A stretch of 64,000 nucleotides of DNA. Origin: a bacterium. GTDB lineage: Bacteria; Cyanobacteriota; Vampirovibrionia; Gastranaerophilales; Gastranaerophilaceae. The translations under genes and the position numbers were made by a program. The stretch is from the NCBI GenBank assembly GCA_017482685.1, contig JAFUMP010000024.1, positions 38,946 through 102,945 of the forward strand, read 5' to 3'. Below the pieces are notes generated by a model. It did no database searches and was not told the DNA's origin. It was given only the letters and a program-made list of their open reading frames with translations. Below are positions 1 to 8,028 of the stretch, in pieces. The stretch's first letter is position 1; the number at the start of each line of letters is the position of its first letter.

Positions 1-2
1 GA

Positions 3-872
3 AATTACATAGGTGGCTCTGATATAGCTGCCGTAATGGGTTTGAGCCGTTGGAAAACTCCACTTAAATTATGGCTTGAAAAAATTGGCGAAGTTGAACC
101 AGACGATTTATCAAAAATCGAAGCCGTACAATTAGGTACAGAATTAGAAGAATTTGTTGCTCAAAAATTTGCTAGAGAAAATAAAAAACAAGTTCGTAAA
201 CAATCTAAAATGTACAGACATCGAAAATATCCATATATGGTTGCACACGTTGATAGACTTATTACAAATAGTGATGAACTTTTGGAGTGTAAAACGTGTG
301 GTATTCATAAAAAAGAAGAATGGGAAGGAGATGAAATCCCAAATGAATACATTTTACAAGTTATTTGGTATTTAGGAATTACAGGCAGAAAACGTGGATA
401 TATTGCCGTTTTAATCGGTGGACAAACCTTTAAATCTAAACCGATTGATTTTGATAAAGAGCTATTTGACACAATGGTTGAAATGGCTAAAGAATTTTGG
501 AATCACGTTAAAACAAAAACTCCACCTCCGGTTTCTCCTAGTGATAATGAAGTCATTTTAAAAATGTTCCCAACTCATAATGAAGAATTTGTTGAAAATC
601 AAGAAATTGAAACAAAAATTGCACAACTTCAGAAAGTTAAAAGTAATATTTCTGTTCTTGAAGAAGAAAAAGAAGTTTTAGAACTTGATTTGAAAAATGC
701 AATTAGTAATCACATTGGAATCTTAACAGAGAAATACAAAGTTACTTGGAAAGCTCAATCAACCAATAAAGTTAGTGTTGAAAAACTTAAAGCAGATGGA
801 ATTTATGAAAAATATCTTGATAAATCCTCTACTAGAGTGTTGAGAATTACTGCTAATAAAAAAGCTGCTTAG
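3..872 (+). CDS. YqaJ-like viral recombinase/exonuclease (5'-truncated by the window edge)
   Basis: Frame is open from position 3 (NYIGGSDIAAVMG). Motifs GTELEEFVA, AHVDRL, LLECKT and YILQVIWY. Lies near recT. Confidence 0.9.
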   Translation, partial: NYIGGSDIAAVMGLSRWKTPLKLWLEKIGEVEPDDLSKIEAVQLGTELEEFVAQKFARENKKQVRKQSKMYRHRKYPYMVAHVDRLITNSDELLECKTCGIHKKEEWEGDEIPNEYILQVIWYLGITGRKRGYIAVLIGGQTFKSKPIDFDKELFDTMVEMAKEFWNHVKTKTPPPVSPSDNEVILKMFPTHNEEFVENQEIETKIAQLQKVKSNISVLEEEKEVLELDLKNAISNHIGILTEKYKVTWKAQSTNKVSVEKLKADGIYEKYLDKSSTRVLRITANKKAA

Positions 873-934
873 GGGTAAATATTATTTAACCCTAAGTTAT
901 AGCTACAAATTTGAAGATAAAAAAGGAGTAAAAA

Positions 935-1171
935 ATGTCAGAAGAAAAAGAAGTACAAGAACAAAGGCAAAGCCAATGTATGTTTATTTTGAATTTCTTA
1001 AAAGCCGGTAATACTATTACAACTCGTGAAGCAGCTCAAAAAGGAGTTATTGATTTACAGAGTGTTATTAGGCATTTACGCAAAGAATACCCTATTCAAG
1101 ACGAATGGGTTAGGGAAAGAAATGCGTTTGGAAAATTATCAAAGTACAAAAAATATTGGCTTGAAGCCTAG
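935..1171 (+). CDS. Small phage winged-HTH protein
   Basis: 78 aa with pattern ILNFLKAGNTITTREA...LQSVIRHLRK. RBS AAGGAG. Confidence 0.6.
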   Translation: MSEEKEVQEQRQSQCMFILNFLKAGNTITTREAAQKGVIDLQSVIRHLRKEYPIQDEWVRERNAFGKLSKYKKYWLEA

Positions 1172-1183
1172 AAAGGAAAACTA

Positions 1184-2032
1184 ATGTCCACACAAATTGC
1201 TACATTAAAAGAAAAGGCTTTGGCTCAAAGACAAAAAAGTAAGCCGATTGAAGAACTAATTAAAAAATCAGTTAATGAACTTGGTAAGGCTTTACCGGCT
1301 CATTTAAACGCAGAAAGACTTGTTAGAATCGCATTAACAACATTAAGACTAAATCCCGGACTTGCTGATTGTACTCCGGAGAGTTTTCTTGGTGCGTTAT
1401 TTCAAGCTGCTCAACTTGGCTTAGAACCAAATATTGAAGGGCAAGCATATTTAATTGATTATAACAATTCAAAAAAAGTCGGAAACGAATGGATAAAAAT
1501 TAAAGAAGTTCAATTCCAAATTGGTTACAAAGGTTATATTACTCTATTTTATAGGCACGAATTGGCTTTGAGCATTGAAGTCCGTACAGTTTTTGAAAAA
1601 GAAGAATTTGAATATGCTTATGGAACATCTCCATTTATCAAGCATATTCCAAAGCTAAAAGACAAAGGCGAGCCAATCGCATTTTATGTTGTCGCAAAAC
1701 TAAAAAATGGTGCAACATTATTCAATGTTATGAGTATTGAAGATTGTATCGAACACGGCAAAAAACATAGCAAAACTTTTGATAAAACAAAAAAAGAATT
1801 TGATAAAAACTCTCCTTGGGTAAAGGATCGTGATGCTATGTGCAAAAAGACAGTTTTGATTCAGATTATGAAACTGTTACCAAAATCTGTTGAAATGCAA
1901 AAAGCATTAGCTATGGATAATACGACAAAATCAAAAATTGATATTGATATGTTCAATATCAAAGATGAAACAAATTGGAATGATGATGAAATCATTGACC
2001 TAGAAAGAGGAGATAATAATGAACAAATTTGA
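1184..2032 (+). CDS. recT: RecT-family ssDNA-annealing protein
   Basis: Motifs CTPESFLGALFQAAQLGLEPN, GQAYLI, FQIGYKG and SPW...AMCKKTV. Confidence 0.95.
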   Translation: MSTQIATLKEKALAQRQKSKPIEELIKKSVNELGKALPAHLNAERLVRIALTTLRLNPGLADCTPESFLGALFQAAQLGLEPNIEGQAYLIDYNNSKKVGNEWIKIKEVQFQIGYKGYITLFYRHELALSIEVRTVFEKEEFEYAYGTSPFIKHIPKLKDKGEPIAFYVVAKLKNGATLFNVMSIEDCIEHGKKHSKTFDKTKKEFDKNSPWVKDRDAMCKKTVLIQIMKLLPKSVEMQKALAMDNTTKSKIDIDMFNIKDETNWNDDEIIDLERGDNNEQI

Positions 2033-2369
2033 AATATTAGGTCGAGTGAATTGGATAGAAATAAAATATTCTGAAAAAGGAAGTTGTTTTACTAAAATTT
2101 TACTCGCCAAAAAATTACCGAAAAAAGATGAATATGAGAGTTTTCCCATAACTTTTTTCAATACCAGAAACGGCGAAACTGCTGAAAGATTAGCTGAAAC
2201 AGTAAAAGAGGGAGATTACATAAGAGTTACCGGAAAACTTGGTATAAACCGGTATATTCCAAAAGGTCAAACTAGAGTAAAAGAAGATGTTGAGCTAATT
2301 GGGTGGGGATTCCAAAAAGTTAAATGGGATAGTGAACAAAACAAATATGTTGATGTTGTTGAAGAATAA
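2019..2369 (+). CDS. ssb: Phage single-stranded DNA-binding protein (OB fold)
   Basis: MNKFEILGRV start and AERLAETVKEGDYIRVTGKL pattern. Follows recT. Confidence 0.75.
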   Translation: MNKFEILGRVNWIEIKYSEKGSCFTKILLAKKLPKKDEYESFPITFFNTRNGETAERLAETVKEGDYIRVTGKLGINRYIPKGQTRVKEDVELIGWGFQKVKWDSEQNKYVDVVEE

Positions 2370-2737
2370 TGAATGATGAAACTTGGGTAAAAATATATCG
2401 GAAATTGGTGGATTGGGAGTGGTACAAAGATGTTCCTTGTAAAACTCTATTCATACATCTGATACTTATTGCTCAATATAAAAAAACACGACATATAGGG
2501 TTAGAACTAAAAGCCGGAGAAACAATAACAGGATTTAGAAGTTTAGCTAATGAAACAGGTTTATCAGTACAACAAGTTAGAACGGCTTTGAAAAAATTAG
2601 AATCAACTAATGACATAAAAATTACAACTAATCCAACTCACACAATAATTTCTCTTAATAATTGGCATAAATATCAAAGTAGCCAACGGGATGAAGATAG
2701 ATATAGGGAGAATAAATCATATAATGCGTTTGCTTAA
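2369..2737 (+). CDS. Phage replication initiator-like protein (N-terminal wHTH only)
   Basis: WVKIYRKLVDWEWYKD...LFIHLIL...SLANETGLSVQQVRTALKKL, typical of phage replisome-organizer N-termini. Confidence 0.75.
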   Translation: MNDETWVKIYRKLVDWEWYKDVPCKTLFIHLILIAQYKKTRHIGLELKAGETITGFRSLANETGLSVQQVRTALKKLESTNDIKITTNPTHTIISLNNWHKYQSSQRDEDRYRENKSYNAFA

Positions 2738-3938
2738 CGAATATGAACAAGAGCTAATTATTATGCTACTTGCTTCAGAGAGGGATATGCAAAAAACCTT
2801 GTTAAGTGTTCTTTCTCAAAAAATGTTTTTGAATAGAACATTTGCTAAGGTGTTTGAAATCTGCGAACACTTAATGAACTCCAACAAAGAAGTAAATGTA
2901 TTTACTGTTACTGATTTAATGAAAAATCCTAAAGAAATAGAAACTGTTTTATTTCTTCAGAGTAATTACATCACAAACGTAAACTACAAATTCTATGTTA
3001 ATAAAGTTCACGAAGCATATTTTTCACGTCTTATTGAAAATGCACGCACTCCACAAGATATGAATTTTATTCAAAAAGAAATGGATAATTTTATTGATAC
3101 TACTCAACTATTGCCTGTTTCTTATCAAGCCCTAGATTTGTTAAATAAAGATGAAAACCAAAAGATTATAAAAACGGGATACCCATCTATTGATGAAAAG
3201 CTCGGTTGTATGCAAGGGGGTGATTTTATTATTTTAGCCGGAGCAACTTCGATGGGTAAAACTTGCATGATGTTAAATCTTATAGCAAGTATCGCAAATC
3301 AAGGTTATAAAGTCGATGTTTTCAGCTTAGAAATGTCAATGAAACAACTTCAGAACAGATTGATATGTTCTCAAACAGGAGTTAATGCTAGTAGGTTTAG
3401 AACTCAATCTTTCAGAAGTTATGAGCTTGATGTTTATAAACGATACATTGATGAAAAATTACCATTATTGCCGATAAAAATTTGTACTGAATACAATATT
3501 ACAGTTCAAAAAATTAGAGATATGGTTAAAAAATCTGATAGTGATATTGTGTTCATTGATTATTTAGGACTAATTAATGGTAATGGAAATGGCAATAAAA
3601 ATAGCTACGAAAGAATTGGCGATATTTCAAGAGAATTGAAATTAGCAGCCATGGAAGTAAACAAACCATTTTTCGTATTGCATCAGTTGAATAGAAATTA
3701 TGCTGATAGACAGGATAAAACTCCAAAATTATCAGATTTAAGAGATTCTGGAAAGATTGAACAGGATGCCGATATGGTTTGTTTTGTACATAGACCTTAT
3801 TATTATGAACCTGATAGGTATAAAATTTGGGATTTACAGTTCTTGATTGGCAAATCAAGACATACAGATAGCAACCAACGGATTGACCTACTGTATGATG
3901 CAACGGCACAGACTGTAAAGGAGAAAAAATACCTATGA
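2691..3938 (+). CDS. DnaB-like replicative helicase
   Basis: Walker A GATSMGKT plus FSLEMS, FIDYLGL, HQLNR and LSDLRDSGKIEQDAD. The true start may be a downstream ATG. Confidence 0.95.
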   Translation: MKIDIGRINHIMRLLNEYEQELIIMLLASERDMQKTLLSVLSQKMFLNRTFAKVFEICEHLMNSNKEVNVFTVTDLMKNPKEIETVLFLQSNYITNVNYKFYVNKVHEAYFSRLIENARTPQDMNFIQKEMDNFIDTTQLLPVSYQALDLLNKDENQKIIKTGYPSIDEKLGCMQGGDFIILAGATSMGKTCMMLNLIASIANQGYKVDVFSLEMSMKQLQNRLICSQTGVNASRFRTQSFRSYELDVYKRYIDEKLPLLPIKICTEYNITVQKIRDMVKKSDSDIVFIDYLGLINGNGNGNKNSYERIGDISRELKLAAMEVNKPFFVLHQLNRNYADRQDKTPKLSDLRDSGKIEQDADMVCFVHRPYYYEPDRYKIWDLQFLIGKSRHTDSNQRIDLLYDATAQTVKEKKYL

Positions 3939-4240
3939 ACGGAAATATCTATTCACAAAAAAATATGTCACAAGAAGATGTTATTTTATTACATTTAATA
4001 AAGCACGGAAAAATCAGCAATAAAGAATGTAATAACATTTACGGATTTACACACTTACCTAGTGTTATCAGATATTTGAGAAAAAAGAATATAAAAATTG
4101 TTAATGATCCACATTACGGAAAGAATCGTTTTGGGGGAAATGTTTATTGGGTGGATTACGTTTTAGCTCCAGACAAAGAACAACCAACAAGGATTCAAAA
4201 TTTTATAAGTAATTTTAAGTTGCAATATGGAACAAACTAA
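3935..4240 (+). CDS. Small phage winged-HTH protein
   Basis: ILLHLIKHGKISNKEC...LPSVIRYLRKK, resembling the 935-1171 protein. Confidence 0.6.
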   Translation: MNGNIYSQKNMSQEDVILLHLIKHGKISNKECNNIYGFTHLPSVIRYLRKKNIKIVNDPHYGKNRFGGNVYWVDYVLAPDKEQPTRIQNFISNFKLQYGTN

Positions 4241-4252
4241 GGAGTTGAAATT

Positions 4253-4468
4253 ATGGAAAAAAGTGGATTATGGACAAAAAGAAAAACAGCAGACTTCTTG
4301 TTTGCAGATATGGTGGAAGATCCTAAAAAAAGATTAATTAAGTTAAATAATTGGATTTCAAGAAAGATTATACCATCAAAAGTAATGGATAAAATGGGCA
4401 AAGAAATATTGTTCTTCGAGGACTTGCTAAAAGAATGGCTTGAAGAACGCAAGAGAAAGGTGGCTTAA
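4253..4468 (+). CDS. Putative excisionase / recombination directionality factor
   Basis: 71-aa basic protein with MerR-like pattern (NNWISRKIIP...ILFFEDLLKEWL). Directly upstream of the integrase. RBS AAGGAG. Confidence 0.65.
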   Translation: MEKSGLWTKRKTADFLFADMVEDPKKRLIKLNNWISRKIIPSKVMDKMGKEILFFEDLLKEWLEERKRKVA

Positions 4469-5524
4469 ATGAGTGTATTTAAAAAAGGTAATAACAAATG
4501 GTATTACCGATTTCAACTTAATGGAAAAGAATATTATAGAGCTTGCAAGGGGGCAGTTGATCAAAAAACTGCCCTTCAATATGAAGCAATAGTAAAAGCC
4601 GAAATTATGAAAGGCAATCTAGGTATTTTAAATAATAGACCTAAACCTACATTAAAAGAAGCTATAAAATTATATTTAGAATATTCTGAAACAAACAAGA
4701 AATCCTATAAAAGTGATATTGTCAGCACAAATATCTTTCTAAAATATTTTGGGAATATAAATTTAGAAGATATTACTCCGGCTAGAATTGAAGATTTTAA
4801 AAGAGATGTAAAAAAGGACACAGGAAATAAAAATGCAACTATAAATAGATATTTACAGGCTTTAAGTAAAATGTTAAATATTGCCGTTGCTAACGAAATG
4901 TTAAATAAAAATCCTATGTTATTGGTAAAAAAATTACAAGAAAATAACTATAAAACTAGGGTTTTATCAAAAGAAGAAGAAAATAGATTATTTGAAGAAA
5001 TTGAAAGAGGATATGAGGTTGTAGGTAGGGAAAGAACAAGGAAAACAATATATCCTTATATTCATCTAAAAAATATTATAATATGTGCATTACAAACGGC
5101 TATGAGAAAAGCTGAAATTTTAAACTTAAAATGGTCTAACATTGATTTTGATTATGAATATATCGAATTGCTTGAAACGAAATCCGGTAAATCTAGGAAA
5201 ATACCAATATCTAGTAAACTAATGAAAATATTTAAGAAAATATTGGCAACAAGTAATTCAGAATATGTATTTGTAAACCCTTCTACAAATTCCAACTATA
5301 TAGACATACATCGGGCTTTTGAAACTGTCTTAAAAAATGCAGAAATAAATAATTTTAGATTTCATGATTTAAGACATACGGCTGCAACACGAATGTTAGA
5401 AAAAGGGGCAGATATAAGAACTGTACAAGAGATTCTAGGACACAGTAGTGTATCAGTTACAGAAAGATATACACATACAAACGCAAAAAGTAAGAAAAGT
5501 GCTATTGAGTTATTATGCTCTTAA
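4469..5524 (+). CDS. int: Phage tyrosine integrase
   Basis: [20 protein letters not shown] and [15 protein letters not shown]-terminal arm-binding-like [10 protein letters not shown]. Confidence 0.95.
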   Translation: MSVFKKGNNKWYYRFQLNGKEYYRACKGAVDQKTALQYEAIVKAEIMKGNLGILNNRPKPTLKEAIKLYLEYSETNKKSYKSDIVSTNIFLKYFGNINLEDITPARIEDFKRDVKKDTGNKNATINRYLQALSKMLNIAVANEMLNKNPMLLVKKLQENNYKTRVLSKEEENRLFEEIERGYEVVGRERTRKTIYPYIHLKNIIICALQTAMRKAEILNLKWSNIDFDYEYIELLETKSGKSRKIPISSKLMKIFKKILATSNSEYVFVNPSTNSNYIDIHRAFETVLKNAEINNFRFHDLRHTAATRMLEKGADIRTVQEILGHSSVSVTERYTHTNAKSKKSAIELLCS

Positions 5525-5575
5525 TTTTTTTTAGCATTTCATAATCATTTAATATCTCGGAATATCAGTTGTATA

Positions 5576-5595
5576 AGTCGGGAAATAGTCGGGAA
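5576..5595. repeat. Tandem 9-bp direct repeat AGTCGGGAA, candidate integrase arm-type sites
   Basis: AGTCGGGAA at 5576-5584 and 5587-5595, between int and the tRNA. Confidence 0.45.
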
Positions 5596-5621
5596 TTTTG
5601 TATAAAAATAATAATAAGAAA

Positions 5622-5651
5622 TAAAAAAGAGGGCTGAAACCCTCTTTTTTA
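5622..5651. terminator. Bidirectional intrinsic terminator
   Basis: AAAAAAGAGGG-CTGAAA-CCCTCTTTTTT. Confidence 0.8.
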
Positions 5652-5653
5652 TT

Positions 5654-5726
5654 AGCGGAAGACGAGACTCGAACTCGCGACAGTCTGCTTGGAAGGCAGA
5701 TACTCTACCAACTGAGCTACTTCCGC
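5654..5726 (-). tRNA. tRNA-Gly(TCC), CCA not encoded
   Basis: Minus strand reads GCGGAAG...CTGC-CTTCCAA-GCAG...GTTCGAG...CTTCCGC-T. Confidence 0.97.
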
Positions 5727-5728
5727 AT

Positions 5729-5877
5729 ATATTTAATTGTCATCTCTGCGGTAACGGCTCCGCTTGTCAACCTGCTTGTCTTGCGCTCTCGCAAGCCAAC
5801 ACCGTTGACTGCGCTCCGTCGGGTTTCACCCTCCTTGCCTTACCGCTCGCCACGGGGCAACTGAGCTACTTCCGCAT
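5729..5877 (-). other. Structured GC-rich insertion with a duplicated tRNA-Gly 5' end
   Basis: CAACTGAGCTACTTCCGCAT occurs at 5709-5728 and 5858-5877, with nested stems between the copies. Confidence 0.75.
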
Positions 5878-5887
5878 CAGCAAATAT

Positions 5888-5916
5888 ATTCTATACCAAA
5901 CAAATTTATTTTTCAA
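5888..5916 (-). promoter_or_regulatory. Sigma-70-type promoter of the tRNA-Gly transcript
   Basis: Minus strand TTGAAA-N17-TAGAAT. Confidence 0.7.
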
Positions 5917-5999
5917 GCTTTACTTAAAAAACATGCTAAAATCCCATGTTTATTGTATTCTAATAAAGTACTATTTTTTATCAAATTGGAGGATAAAAT

Positions 6000-7331
6000 A
6001 TGACTTTATGTTTAAACAAAATTGATTCAGGATTAGGCATTTCTACTTGCTTTTCTGATTCAAGTATTTCAAAGTATGAAAAAAATATTTCTGCTGCTGT
6101 AGAAGAATTTGCAAAAAGAGCTAATCAAGCGGGACAATTCCTTAATTGGGTTGATTTACCTAAAAATCAATTAGCTAGATTAGATGAAATTTATTCTCTT
6201 GCGAATTCTCTAAAATCTCAAACTAACGCAACAAAGCTTACTATTTTAGGTATTGGTGGTTCAAAACATACTGTAGAAAATATGCTAAGCTTGAATGGCT
6301 TAAACCTTTGCGGAGATGAAATTTTATTTTATTCAGATATTGATTCAGTAAGTTTTGCTAGATTTTTACACAGATTAGGAAATGATGTAACATCTTCAAA
6401 TTACATGGTTGCATCTAAATCTGGTTCTACTTTTGAAACTAAAGATGGTTTCTTAAGAATCCAAAAAATGCTAGAAGATGCTTATATTTCTAAAGGACAT
6501 TCTATAGAAGAAGCTAAATCTCTAACTGCAAAACATTTTATAGCTGTTACAGATAAAAATGCTGAAAAAAGCGAGCTCCGTCGTTCATCAAATGCTGATG
6601 GATGGTTAGGTGATTTATTTATACATGATGACGTTGGTGGAAGATTCTCTGCTCTTGATGATCACGCTTTATTTACATTAGCTTACGCTGGCATGAAAAA
6701 AGAAGATATGAAATCAATGTTAGAAGCAGCTCAATCAATGTCAGATATTGCATTGTCATCAAATTTTGATAAGAACATGCCTTATGCTCAAGCTGCTTTT
6801 TGGGCTGCAGCTGTTGCAGATGGAATCTCTACTTCAGTCCATCAATATTTAGGTTCAACTTTTGAATACACTGTAAATTGGCATGCTCAAATGCAAAATG
6901 AATCAGTAAAAGATACTCTAAAACAAATTGCAAAAGTTCCTGATTCAATGCATCACTCTTCAGAAGCACATTTTAACCCTGCAAATAGCTTTGCATTTGC
7001 CCTAACTGTTCCTTCTGATAAAGGAATTGCTTCTGAAAATGCTGAAGGTTATATTGGTGCGCTTTCTAAATCATACTCAGATGCTGGTCGTTATTTCTGT
7101 GAATCTGTAGAAACATCTAAATTCGGACTAACTCCAGCTGCAGCTGGTGCTTTAGTTCAAGCAAGAGCTTTCGCTACAGTATATCAAGAAATTATTGCAA
7201 AAATAGTTTCTGGAGAAGAGCTTCCAGCTGTATTAGATAGCGTTTTACAACCACACGTTGAAGTTTATAAAAAGAACCTTAAACCTCAAGCTGATGGAAA
7301 AGATGTTGTTGTAGCTGGTAGAATTTCTTAA
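6000..7331 (+). CDS. pgi: Glucose-6-phosphate isomerase (divergent)
   Basis: FLNWVDLP, LGIGGS, ASKSGSTFET, VGGRFSAL and QPHVEVYK. Confidence 0.85.
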   Translation: MTLCLNKIDSGLGISTCFSDSSISKYEKNISAAVEEFAKRANQAGQFLNWVDLPKNQLARLDEIYSLANSLKSQTNATKLTILGIGGSKHTVENMLSLNGLNLCGDEILFYSDIDSVSFARFLHRLGNDVTSSNYMVASKSGSTFETKDGFLRIQKMLEDAYISKGHSIEEAKSLTAKHFIAVTDKNAEKSELRRSSNADGWLGDLFIHDDVGGRFSALDDHALFTLAYAGMKKEDMKSMLEAAQSMSDIALSSNFDKNMPYAQAAFWAAAVADGISTSVHQYLGSTFEYTVNWHAQMQNESVKDTLKQIAKVPDSMHHSSEAHFNPANSFAFALTVPSDKGIASENAEGYIGALSKSYSDAGRYFCESVETSKFGLTPAAAGALVQARAFATVYQEIIAKIVSGEELPAVLDSVLQPHVEVYKKNLKPQADGKDVVVAGRIS

Positions 7332-7354
7332 AAATTCTAATTAGTTATAGAACC

Positions 7355-7390
7355 AATAAAAAACTGAGCTAAAAGCTCAGTTTTTTTATT
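7355..7390. terminator. Bidirectional intrinsic terminator
   Basis: AAAAAACTGAGCT-AAA-AGCTCAGTTTTTTT between convergent genes. Confidence 0.85.
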
Positions 7391-7427
7391 ATATAAAATT
7401 TTATACACCATCAAAACCGTATTTCAA

Positions 7428-8012
7428 TTAATTATCTTCTGGTTCAGATTTAGCATATAGCCTTATACTCATATTTGTTAATAAAATACTCTTGTCTTTT
7501 GCATAAGGTTTAACATCCATATTATTAAATTTAATATAATACGGATATTTATATAATTGTTCGATTAATTTACCCAAATTTGTGTAATTTGAAACTAACT
7601 CTAAATTTATATCACATACAAAATAATCATTTCCTGATTTAACAAATTCGTCTTCTTCTGGATTATAAACATAATCTAAAGACTTAATTTTGATAGAATT
7701 TTCTTTCATCATTTCTAAGACATCATTATACAAAGTGAAAAACAATGTATCATTGCTTAGATCTGAATCCATTGGCGCATATATTTTTTTCTGAGCTCCA
7801 ATAACAGAATCTTTTATTTTTTTCAACTTATTCGCAACAACAATCTTTTCTTGTTGTTTAGCCTTTAATATTTTTTCTTGCTTTTCAACATCAGCATTTA
7901 TATTATTAAGTTCTTCAACTTTAGGCGAAATCATGTTGAAAGTTACATAACCAAGAACAAATGTAACAACAAGAAAAGTTATAAGACCATAATATCTACT
8001 ATATTTTTCCAT
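7428..8012 (-). CDS. PilO-like type IV pilus assembly protein
   Basis: N-terminal TM segment, coiled coil and C-terminal SNYTNLGKLIEQL pattern. Downstream of the PilM/PilN-like gene. Confidence 0.65.
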   Translation of the reverse strand: MEKYSRYYGLITFLVVTFVLGYVTFNMISPKVEELNNINADVEKQEKILKAKQQEKIVVANKLKKIKDSVIGAQKKIYAPMDSDLSNDTLFFTLYNDVLEMMKENSIKIKSLDYVYNPEEDEFVKSGNDYFVCDINLELVSNYTNLGKLIEQLYKYPYYIKFNNMDVKPYAKDKSILLTNMSIRLYAKSEPEDN

Positions 8013-8028
8013 TTACCAAATCCTCTAT

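Larger units (their letters stand above)
1..5653 (+). mobile_element. Prophage, right-hand end (recombination/replication module plus integrase), at the 3' end of tRNA-Gly(TCC)
   Basis: Co-oriented YqaJ-RecT-SSB-rep-DnaB-xis-int genes end ~130 bp from the tRNA 3' end. The other boundary is outside the window. Confidence 0.9.

Noticed and set aside
1184-2032. Functional link between prophage RecT and the retron (natural retron recombineering)
   Set aside because: The two are on separate elements about 56 kb apart, and I see no homology between the msd hairpin and any target in the window.
5729-5877. Second complete tRNA or group I intron
   Set aside because: There is no T-arm or 3' acceptor strand for the upstream copy. 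The insert is too short and lacks recognisable group I core motifs, and the downstream tRNA is already intact.
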